Assembly (NCBI GenBank): GCA_036630325.1
Contig: CP142727.1
Location: 434,001-498,000, forward strand
Reading direction: 5' to 3'
DNA from: Vairimorpha necatrix
Taxonomy: Eukaryota
DNA length: 64,000 nt
The position numbers were made by a program, and so were the translations under genes. Below the pieces are notes generated by a model, which saw only the letters and a program-made list of their open reading frames with translations, did no database searches and was not told the origin of the DNA. Positions 47,871 to 59,513 of the stretch are shown here, one piece after another (position 1 is the stretch's first letter; each line of letters starts with the position of its first letter).

Positions 47871-48559
47871 TATTGAAAATGATAATTAGATATTTCACAA
47901 AAAGATTCTTTAATTTGAGTTTTGAATTCAAATTAATCTTTAGTTTTTCTTGGAATTTAGTTACCTTGCGTTCACCGCTGCTACCTAATAAAAATTACAT
48001 TCTTCACTTCCTTTTTTAAAAACAATACATTGGACAAGAACCCTGCATGGTCCTCTTTTTTTAATAAAAACCTTTTGATTTCCTCATAGTACTATTTTTT
48101 TATTATCCTAGTAATTCTTTGGACCAATATGAATGTTTAAGAAATTCGATTTATTATTCTTTTTTTCTTGTGATAATTTTATAAATACATTTATTAATAT
48201 CTCAACATTCTTATTTGAAACCGTCCGTTTGAAAAATACATATGTCTTTCTTTGATGGATTAATTGCATATATAAATTACAAAAGTGTAGATCATAAATT
48301 CAACACTTCGTTGTGTAATCGGTTAAAATTATTCTCACGTTTAAAAACGTATGTCTACCCTTTCCAACCATTTCTCGATCATATAATGATTTCCTCATAT
48401 TCCAAATAATATGTTTTGGGTCTTTGAGTACATAAATTAACATTCTAAACTGCTGTGATGTTCTCACGTGTTTTTATTGGTAGATAATTTTAGTATAATA
48501 TCTCATAATTCTGGCTTTTATTATAATTTTAATTGTCCGTATGTATTTTAAAATTTTAT

Positions 48560-50602
48560 TGTCCTGTATCAACGGGACTTTGCTATATTTAAAATAGCAT
48601 TCTAAATAGTTTTTAATATTATATAATTTATTGATGGTTTCTCTATTTCTCTTATACTCCATACCCTTCACAGACAGACTTTCTTTTATATTTTATTTTT
48701 AATTTATTATTTCTTGTCAACACTAAACACAAACATTGGCGTACTTACGAATGTAGTAACGACCATCCAACTTTCGTTTGTTTGTTTGTGTGACACATCT
48801 TGACAGGTCATTTGAAATGCTTGACATGTCTTTAGACATCAGTGACAGCTGATGGTTTTAGCAGCTGTCCATGTGATGTAGTAATATACATCACATTCTG
48901 CCCTCTCCTAAAGCTTTAAGTTTTGAGCCTGTCTCCATTCATTGTTATATATTGCTGACAACCCTTCATGTTTAGATATTTCATCCGGCGGTTCTACTAT
49001 TATATTATTTGTATCGTTTTTTATAGCGTTCTGCTTATTCTTTGTGTTTATATTATTTAATGATTCTTTCAGCTTATTTCTTATTTTATTCGTATTCATT
49101 TGTTTGTCTTTATCACGATATTTTATTTTTGTTAGTTTAAAATCTCTATTCCTTTTATATTCATCTTTTTTATTGTTTTTGAAGTTATTTTTCATCTTAT
49201 TGATTAACGTCTTGTCAATTTCTGTCATTCTTTCGATATTTTTATCTTTTTCTTTTAGTATTTTTGTTTCAGCTACCTTTTCACGTAGATTTTCCTGGCT
49301 AAGCGTATTCGCTTTTGTTTCATCATTTGCTGATGTTTCATGTTTAATTTTAACTTCTTTCAATTTTTTCTTATTTAAAGTTTCTTCTTTTAATAAGTCA
49401 TTATTCTCGACTTTATCTTTTGTTTCTTTAACTTCCTTCATCATGTATAGCTTTACTGGAACATCCTCTTTGACTTTTCGATGATGCGATGTTTTCCTTA
49501 GCTGTTCGGAAGTATTATTTTTTATCGTAAAGCATTCATTTGAATCGTGCGTAGTATTTTTGTGTAAACTGCACCATTTACTATTCATATAGTTATCGTT
49601 TTGATTCCTAAATCGTTCTCGATCCATGTTAATTTGTCTTTGTTTGAGACCTCGTCTCTTACCTTCTAATATAAGATATTCTTCTACTGATTCTAGATAT
49701 GCAACGATATCTTCAATTTTTTTTATTCCCAATTCTAAAATTTTTAATCTAGTTGAAAATCCTAAGCCCATAAAAAAACTTTCTCTTAGTTTTCTTTCAT
49801 ATTCCTTTCTGGTTAAACCTTCAATTCTGCTATATTGGTCAATTAAGTCTTTTAATTCTGTTAAATATTCTTTAATATATTTGAAATGTGTCTGCCTACA
49901 ATCCATTATTTTCAGCTGGAGCATTTCTGAACTCATTTTTTTAGTTAAATTTTTTTCTATAAATATTTTTATTTCTTTTAATTCTGATAAAGAAAATACT
50001 GGTTGCAACATTGGGTCTTTAATGAGCTCTCCTAAAGCTATTTTCTGTTTCTTAATATCCCAATTCTTATGTTTACTTATTTGGTTGAATTCTTCAAACC
50101 AATGTTCTAATTCAGCATGATCATACTCTCTGATGTCTGCTATTATGTCTAAGTGTTTTTCCACTTCTAAATCGATCTCCTCGATCGTGTATTTTAATTT
50201 TAATCCTTCTCTGGATTTTTTTTTTTATTTTTTCCTGCAATACAAGTTGCTCTTTGAATTCAAATTTGTCCTGTATCAACGGGACTTTGCTATATTTAAA
50301 ATAGCATTCTAAATAGTTTTTAATATTATATAATTTATTGATGGTTTCTCTATTTCTCTTATACTCCATACCCTTCACAGACAGACTTTCTTTTATATTT
50401 TATTTTTAATTTATTATTTCTTGTCAACACTAAACACAAACATTGGCGTACTTACGAATGTAGTAACGACCATCCAACTTTCGTTTGTTTGTTTGTGTGA
50501 CTCATCTTGACAGGTCATTTGAAATGCTTGACATGTCTTTAGACATCAGTGACAGCTGATGGTTTTAGCAGCTGTCCATGTGATGTAGTAATATACATCA
50601 CA
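48560..50602 (-). mobile_element. Non-autonomous Gag-only LTR element, element 4 (2043 bp, 336-bp LTRs)
   Basis: Direct repeats TGTCC...TCACA at 48560-48895 and 50267-50602, with one mismatch seen. TSD TTTAT on both sides. Purine tract AGGAGAGGGCAGAA before the 3' LTR. No RT or IN sequence. Confidence 0.93.
48908..50369 (-). CDS. Gag-like protein of element 4 (capsid-like helices, CHHC knuckle, Lys/Asn-rich tail)
   Basis: RQTHFKYIKEYLTELKDL (MHR-like), LRESFFMGL and WCSLHKNTTHDSNEC. Probably starts at ATG 50369 inside the 5' LTR and needs a one-base shift at the A11 run 50216-50226. Confidence 0.75.
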
Positions 50603-53600
50603 TTTATAATGTTAAATTTCTAAAATATATCAGAATTGCTATATTGCCCTAAATTACTTTCTTAACTTTTCATTTACCTCATAAAAATAATATTTTTTTA
50701 ATTTATTTACTAAATAAGTTTTAAAAAAATTACCGCTAAAGTTCAAGGCGAAGTTTATTAATATTATCAAATTGTATACTTATGCCCACATAACATATAC
50801 TTGTTCATACACAAATCGAACTTATAAATTTATACTTTTACTAATTCTTCGGAAGAGGTATATTAGAAATTGTATAAAAGCATATTATTTGGAAATATAA
50901 CATTTATTACGTTTTGAATCAACTTTAAATTTTAAACATTCAGAACCAAAAATAGAGTCAAGAAAAATATTAGAAAAATGTTTAAGTATTGATAGTTCAA
51001 GAATTAAAGGGCTATAAAATAATATAAATCGATTTAATAAATGTTGTAAAATAGTGCTATCAGTAAACAAATTCAAATAAAACGATAAGAACCAGTTAAT
51101 AATGAAGCTGGGACCGATGTAAAGTTTCAATCTCTATTAGGGTGCAGGAATATAATTTCAATCTAAAAGAAGGTGATGAAGTTTCTTAGAGTTCTATAAA
51201 TTACATGATATCCATTGCTTATCAGGGATAAGATTAAATCTAATACTACAAAATAAGAGTAAGTAGTTTTGATTTTATGGTCTTAAAAACACTGAACTGA
51301 TATACAGCTTTATTGTTTAAGAAAACAAACTAAGCAAAAAAAATAGTTATATTTTAGCATACAAGATTTTGAGAACTCATAAATGAGCACTTCAAAAAAA
51401 TTTAGATCACTAATAGACATAAACAAAAAAACAATATTAAATTTCACAATATGTATCAATGAGCTATTAGGTCGCAAGTATACAATATTAAATAAACGTG
51501 ATCCACATTAAAATTTTGCTGTTCCCTTGGTACAATCTATACTATCATTCTTTAAAGCCATTGTATATGTTTTTGAAGCTTTTTTATAATTTGTTCGATA
51601 ATACTAAATATCGTATTCAGTAATTTAACAAATAAAGTTTACAAACTAAAAGAATAAACCAGTATTGCTATGCGCCAAATAAAATACATCACTTTATACT
51701 AAAAAAAAAAAGAATCAAAACAGACTCATGTCATAAAAAAAATTGAACAATACATAAGATTTTTGTCAGCTATATTAATCGCCTGCGAAGTTTGATATGA
51801 TCATAAAGGGTATTTTAAATTGGTGAAAACATAAATATATACGACGATGATATGATCGTACCTGTAAAATATGCGAAAAAACATGCAAAAACCTTGAAAT
51901 TGTCTCAGCTTTAATTTTCTTAGCAAATTTACAAACAACAATTAAAATATAATCTAGATATAAGAAGAGCTAATAAGAATTATTACATTGAGAATCACGC
52001 CCAAATAAACATTTTAAATGCGAAATTTAGAATAAGAATATTATTACAAAAAAAAAAAGATAGATAATTTAGGATTTCAACAAAACTACTTTGGAGTTGG
52101 TGCTCTACTTACTGAACTTTATAATGTTAAATGAAAAAAATAATTTGAATGCAAATATGGAATTGACTAAAATAGAAATATAAAAAAGCTCGAAAACAAA
52201 ATCAAACGTGTTTCTAAGATACCTCCAAGCAATCATTTATTTTGACAGCAGATTCCATAAAAAGTTATAGGAACAACAGTGAGGACAATAATGATATAAG
52301 AGGCGTCGATTGTATTTTGAAAAAATAAACAAAAATTAAATTCTATCATAACGAAAAATAATTGCCCGCGGTGTTTTCAATAAAATCTATGACAAATACC
52401 TAAAGAGGTATGTTTCACAACTAATCACATGTGCTAAATACATGTATAACTTAACAGATACTTAAATATAAAAATAAAAATAAACGCGAATAAGACATTT
52501 AACTGTAGTATGAGTCAAAAATGTAAAATGCAACTTATAGATATAAAGAACTTATGTAAGAATGTAGAGATGAGGAGAACAAGAAAGTATATTTATATTA
52601 AGATAATTTAAGATGGGCTAATTGATCTAAAAAATAATACTTCAAAAGCAATTAGCATACGTAAAAAAACATCGCAGATTAATAGAAAATTAGATAAATA
52701 CTGTACTTATAAGAATCCCACATGGCGTCAATGTCCTGTTGTTATTTGAAGTTAACAGAAAGAATTAGATTTTAGATACAAGACATAATAATTATTTTAT
52801 CTAGATTATGAATATCTTAAGAATAAATAAAAAAAACTTTAACATTTGTGATATATTCCAAAAACTTCCCTCAAAACAGAAAGCAGTTTATTTTTGGAAG
52901 TTAGAAAACAACTATACTCATTGTTACATACTTTACAATAGATTTTTATGGAAAAAATTCATAAAAACATTTTTATAATGATATAATCAAGCAAAAGCTT
53001 CAAACAAGTAGTAAATGGAAAAATAGTAATGTAAATGGATGATTACTATAAAATAGAATATAATCATCGGTCAGCTAAGAGATTGAGATCATCATCGTGT
53101 GTGATTGAAAAAAAATAAAATAAGCATATAAGCCACACAATGAGATATCTGAAAATATTAGAAATGTTATTATGTTTTTGAATTTTTTTTTTGAAATTTG
53201 ACATTCAAAATTGATTAAATATAATAAGAACAATCAATTGGACATATAAAGGCAATGGATAACAACAAATATGCGAAATCAAATGAAATAACAGACAGGA
53301 GTTTATAAATAAATTTAGTTGAAAAACATTTCGATCTATTTAAACGAAAACAGATAAACATCTTCAGTATAAGATTTTGCTTATGTCAAGAAGGTTATGA
53401 TGCCTTATGAAATTGTCTTTATATTTCGATATTACCAAGAATGTTTGTTCAATAATAGTTGTATACATAATAAAACCGAAGTATGTAGAGTAATAAAGAG
53501 AAAATAAATTAGAAAAGAATAGTTAGTTTATTATTTATTTTTTAATTAACAAAAATGATAAATTCATTTAGAAAAATGTAATATTTCTCCCATCAACTTA

Positions 53601-53604
53601 TAAT

Positions 53605-54000
53605 TTGCTAAAAGGGAGATTTCGATGCCGAAAACGAATTATTTCGGTTCAGATGATTTACATGAATGTAAAAACGTTAATTGTTATTAAACCCCTTTTT
53701 ATGCCATATATTGAGAACAAAAATAATGTAACATCTAGATTTTTAATTCAAAGAAAAACTTTTACGAAAAAAAAGATAAGAAGAGTTTGTAAAATTTTCG
53801 GAACAGTTATATTTATATTATTCGTTTCTGTTATTGTCACTTTTGTTATAGGTATTTTATGCTTCTGGTATAAGGATAGTGTTGAAGGTTTTGTATCGAA
53901 GATTTTTGAATTTTTTATAAGGCTATACATAACTATTAATGTTCTTTATATAAATAAATATGTTTTGATAACGAACGAAACTACATCTTATGATGAGTAA
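53605..54000 (+). pseudogene. Degenerate third member of the small TM protein family
   Basis: LFMP...NN.T..LI...KKK...C-TM-YKDS...NETT aligns with 45777 and 58045. Lacks the conserved N-terminal part and a proper ATG context. Confidence 0.6.
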
Positions 54001-56816
54001 CCTAAAAATTAAAAATTTAAAATTTTATGATATTTTTTATACGATTAATAGAATGTAAAAGTACTTTTTTTTAAAATCTAAATATTTTTTGATATAGTTT
54101 TGGAGCAAGTGATGATAAAAAATTCATATATATAAAAAAGGTTTATTTAATTTTTTTACCCCTCTTTTTGTGGCTTTGAATTTCTACACGTCAATATTTT
54201 ACATATGCTCCAAATATAATATCAGATTCGAACTTATTTTAAGATTTTGACTAATAAAAATACGTATACTATATATTAATGCATTTTTATTTTTATTTGA
54301 TTTTGTAAAACTCAGTTCCAAAATATCGTCAGAATCGTTTTTTAGAATTTATTTAACCCTTCTAAGAAAAATTCACAAAAACATGTACCAAAAATAAGTT
54401 GAATATAAGTGTTAAAAATTGAGCTTTTAAGTTCCCAAAATTATCCCATTATAATTATTAAATGTTTTTAGCTCAACTTTACTTCTTAAATGTTACTAAA
54501 AAGTATTTTTCAGAAATAATGTTTTCTTTTTTTCAAATTCATTCATCCCATAATGGAAACTTAATAAAATTGTAAGAGGAAATACATATTAAAAAACTAA
54601 ACATTTAGATCCCGTTACAAAATGGGAAAGCATACGCTAGTAGCAATATAAGGAAGTTTGTAATTTTAGAATAACCCTTTTATTATTCTATCCTTTTTTA
54701 ATAAAAATGTTTTAATATAAAAAATTCACTATAATTTTATTTTGAATATATTCAGTTGCATATTTATTCTTAGTCGAGTAATTAGTTTTTACACTGAACA
54801 AAAGTTATTAAATTTATATCTTCATGTTGCATACAAAATGACATATTTTTGCCACGCTAGTATCATTTTGCCGTAATTTAACTATAATTCTTAAAGGTAA
54901 CGAGATAAGAAAGCTTTAAGTATGTACATAAAGAACCGCGTTGATTAACTACGAGCACAAAAAAGTACTCTTTTTTAGATGTGTTTGTCTTGCTGGAGGA
55001 TCTATGTGTCTACAGGGATGTAGATTGGCTTATGTTTTTGTATGCGTTAAAATATTGAAAAATAATGTTATTATGTATCACTTATCATTTCCTATAAGGT
55101 GATTTTATTCACGTTGTTTTGTTGTGTAATACTACCCAGATTATAAAATCCGTAGATTGGGGGCATCATGTATGGGGTCTAGATTTTTTTACAAAGATGT
55201 GAAAAGAAATCATATGATTATTATTTTAACGTGAAGATTAACACTTTGGCCGAGACTTATAAAATCCCGGAATCTGGATGTGCCTGTGTAAAGAAATGTA
55301 TGTGCGAAGCAGATGTAGTAAGATCATTTATAGTTGTTTAGTAAAAGTCTATTCTCGGGCATTCAATACATACAAGACATTTTGATTTGTTGTGAATCAT
55401 TCTAAACGTGATGTTAGTAAGATAGTAATTGATTCATCTATAATCAAAGCAATCAAATACAAAGGTTCCCCATTGGCAAGTGTATTTTTTTGGTTTAATG
55501 AATAAGGTTTTTGTAAGAGTTGGTAAAGATCACAGACTCTAGTCCTTTATTTAATGGTTAATTTTCTTTCTGTTGCTGAGATTATACATAGCCTAATACG
55601 AAAGGACCTTCGTTTATAATTTATTACAATAATATTAACCCACAGAAAATTTATCTGTGATTACTTAAGTACCTTGAGCATCATTTATATGGTGTATTTG
55701 TTAGATATTTAAGAGTAAATGCACCTGGAGACCTAGACATTCTATGTAAAAGTAGCACATAAAGATATTCATGGAGGTAATTTGTATTCTGTATTTTATA
55801 AAATAAAGTCAAAATCATTTATGTATTAGTTCTTTAAATCGAAAAAATTTAAAACGTGACTTTTCTCTTTTATCGCCTATAATCTGTTCATAAATGTCCA
55901 AACACGGACTCTTAAAATTACTAAGTCGACCCGTACGTCTGGTTAAGAAGAACTGAAATATTTTTTAGAACCCCATGTTCTCTATTTTTCACAGACAATA
56001 TTTTATATGATTTTTTTTCGAATGTTACTTCATAGTCAAAAGACTACAGCTCTTTATTTATTCTGTCTTACAATTTTTCACTTATCTTAGATTGTTTGTT
56101 CATTTTACATAATTGAATAATAACTACAACAACATTACTTATTTTTACGTTTCAGCTAGAACATACAGGTTTTGTTTCTTTATTTTGGCTATTATTTTCT
56201 TCTTAATCGTGAAAAGCCGATAGTATGGCATATAGATTATTTATACTTCAATAAAATCTTTAAAAGCAAATATCTTCTTTTAATATGAATTTTGAGAATA
56301 TTTAAATGCCTCTAGTAATTAATCAACCCCTTATAAATATTTATACATGATTAGTCAGTAATCTTTTATTAAACTTGGTTTATACTATAATCACTTAAGG
56401 ACATGAACATACAGTTTGTAGACGTCTTCATTCATTTTTACATCATTATTTATATTTTTTCTTAATAAGAATAAAAAAAGATGTGGTTTTTACATCTTTC
56501 TGCATTATATGCAAATATTTTACATTTTTTTTTCTTTTTAATTGTAAATTATACATATTATGATGCTAGTTTTACAAAAATAATTCATATTATTGTTGGA
56601 AAACACAACAATACATAATTGGAAGTACCCTGGGTAATGTAGATTTACATTCACATATATTAAACCTAACCTATATGAGAAATTAGATAAACACCTCAGA
56701 AAGATAAAGTTTATTGTAATCTAAACAATTTGATATAAAAACTATTATATGCAAATTTGTTAAATAATTCATTACATTCTATACAAATATGATGAATTGG
56801 TTTATATTCTAAGGAA

Positions 56817-57594
56817 GTCAATTTTCATCTTAGTCACCTTTTCAAAATGAATATAAATTTTTTATTTTTAGTTCGGGGGTTCTAACGTTAAAGCGTCCAG
56901 AGCAGAAAGATACATACTATATAAATATAGTAAAAAAAGTGGTTTTAAAAAGATATAATTTGTTTATTATTTAAAAAAAATCATTTCGAATTCTTTTAAC
57001 ACTTTATTTATAAAATATGTGTTTAATAGTAGTCCAATTTTTTTAAAAATAAATATGAACCCTTTTTGCTCTTTTGTCATTACAATCAATTTTTCTATTT
57101 ATTTAACATGTTTTAAAACAGTTTATGTTTTTTACACAGAATACTGGTTTAGTTATTGCTATTTTTAGTATATATTAATTTGGCTCTTTATACTACTTCA
57201 TTGATTTTTATAGTCAGGCCATGTCGTAATGTGTAATATTTATGCTCTTTAATGGAGGTTGAATTAAATATAACATTGATTTCATAAGATATGTTATGTT
57301 TTCTTTAAAAAGTAAAGTATAAATATATTATATTATTAATAAAGAGATTGATCAAAACGTATCTTTCTATGCATGGCAAGGTATAATAAAAATTATTCTT
57401 GATTCAATTTGTGGAAGAAGGAAAATCTTATAAATCGCTAAAAAATTTGCTTATTTTCTGTTATTATGTTATTTTATCATAACTTGATTATTTTGGTTTT
57501 TTTGTCACAAACCGCACCGAATCACAAAAAACAGTGCTAAAAATAAAAAATTCTATATAAATATTGATTAGGAGGGGTAAAGTGAAAATACACT
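56817..57594. mobile_element. MITE-like non-coding element with ~65-bp imperfect TIRs
   Basis: The reverse complement of 57525-57594 matches the family end (TTTTCACTTT.CCCC...TATTTTTAGC.CTGTTTTTT). The interior (GTCCAGAGC.GAAAG, TCTTTTGTCATTACAAT, CAGTTTATGTT) is collinear with 63660-63950. No TSD identified. Confidence 0.6.
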
Positions 57595-58044
57595 ATAAAA
57601 ATTTTATTTAAAACTTTTACTCAACATTTAACTTTTTGAAGACAAAGTCTGCCAAAGAAAAATAGGGAGTTTGACTTCCTATATAGGTCAGCAAGCATCT
57701 TTTTTTGGTGCTCTTTAGTTTCTCATTAAAAGTCTTGTGATTAGAGTATATTGTATAAAAACTAAAAATATAATAAATTAAATATAAAATAATTTTAAGA
57801 TCTTGATTTATTTAACTTTTGATATATTACTTTCGTGGTGCGTTATTTTTTTGGACACAAAACACGAGACAATTTCTCTAGAAAGTATGATAAATACCTT
57901 AAAATAAAATGATTAAATTAATAATCGACAAAAAATCTAAAAGTGTGAATATTGATGGAGTAGAAAATTATTAATGAAACATTTTCCTCTTATTGTATTT
58001 TTTGATTTCTATTATTATAATTTATCATGTTTTATTGCCCCAAA

Positions 58045-58515
58045 ATGTTCTACTTGTTTTTTATTAATATAATTACAGCTATCCAACTTAAAAAAGAAGA
58101 AATTGACAAAGTTATTGTTTTGACAAACAATGGACAATCTCATGTAATAGACAAGAATACTATTTTACAAAGAGAAGTTAACGAATATTTTATACCTGCA
58201 AATTTATTCATGCCTGAGGATTCCGACGAAAATAATGAAACACGGCCGATTTTAATTAATCAAAAACCACCAGCATTTAAAAAAAAGAAGAGTCAGTGTT
58301 CAATAAGCAAGTGGCTATCGATAACAATTGTGTTTATTATTATTTTATCTTTTTTTTATATATTAATATTATATTTTTATAATGATGTTAAAGATTTAAT
58401 TAAGAAATTTTCTGCATTCTGTAAGTTCATAGAAAATATTTATTTTGCTTCGGACTTTGGCAACGTATCGACTTCTTCTGCAAACGAAACTACAACCAAC
58501 GTTGTTTCCCTTTAA
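58045..58515 (+). CDS. Small signal-peptide + single-TM protein, family member B
   Basis: CCCC-AAA-ATG at 58045, KEEIDKVIVLTNNGQS, a TM segment and a Ser/Thr tail with NVS and NET sequons. Paralog of 45777. Confidence 0.8.
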   Translation: MFYLFFINIITAIQLKKEEIDKVIVLTNNGQSHVIDKNTILQREVNEYFIPANLFMPEDSDENNETRPILINQKPPAFKKKKSQCSISKWLSITIVFIIILSFFYILILYFYNDVKDLIKKFSAFCKFIENIYFASDFGNVSTSSANETTTNVVSL

Positions 58516-59513
58516 ATAAATGCTTTTAAAGAAACGGTTTTTTACTTTTACAAAAAGCATGTATTATTTTTTATCATACTTAGATTTTAAAATTTTATTC
58601 TTTGAGATGAGATGCCACTAAAATAAGCATATTAATATGAGAAAATGTGATAAGAGCTTTTAAATCAATAAATTAGTTTAGTAAATTCATAAAACATGTT
58701 TGAGTTAAAAAATAAAAAATTTGAGATAAATTGTGAACTTTTATTTTTTTGATGTTTTAGCATTTATATAAAATTCCAAGAAATATTTGACAAGGACAGT
58801 CAAAATCAAATCAACATTTAATGGTAAGATTGGTGTAAATTTTATAAAAATTTATAATATTTTTGATTTTCAAGGATAGAAAAATTATCATATGATACTA
58901 AAGCTGTATGAAATTGTTAAATCTCGGCTAGCAATAGAACTTAAATAATACACCATATACTTAAAATTTTTCATGTTTATTTATATGCTTTTGGTACAGA
59001 CATTTATTTTAAAGTTTCCTGTTTAATTTAAGAAAAAAAGTCGAATTGTAAGTTAAGTGTGTGTTTATCTTAACATGGTCACAGGTTCAAAAATGAGATA
59101 TTGTGTAATAAAATGAAAGACAGAAAATTATAGTTTACTTAATGCAATATTATCGTAAGAAATTATACTACGGTAACAAATGTTTCAAAAAAAATAAATT
59201 TGTTTTTATAACGAGTCAAATTTACAAATTAAAGAAACTTTCGTCATGCGAAGAATATAATAGAAGACGTTGTAGTGACACTTTATTAGTATCACAAGAT
59301 ATTCCGATTAGAAATATATAAGAATGTGCAAGTAAATAAAGCATATAAATAAAGTATGATAGTCACTACATAGGGAGATTAGGGTTAAGGCCAAAAAAAC
59401 TTAAATGGCGTTTTTTTAAATGATTACATTTCTTTAAGATTTCTTTCTCAACAATAGTCAACAGAAGAAAACATCATAGAAAACTAAACAAAATTATATA
59501 AACTTATATTTAT

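Noticed and set aside
48474-48671. 65-aa ORF as a host gene
   Set aside because: It is the 3' LTR copy of the element 4 gag start running into flanking DNA.
54089-54224. Small MITE with ~24-bp imperfect inverted ends
   Set aside because: Several mismatches, no TSD and no second copy in the window.
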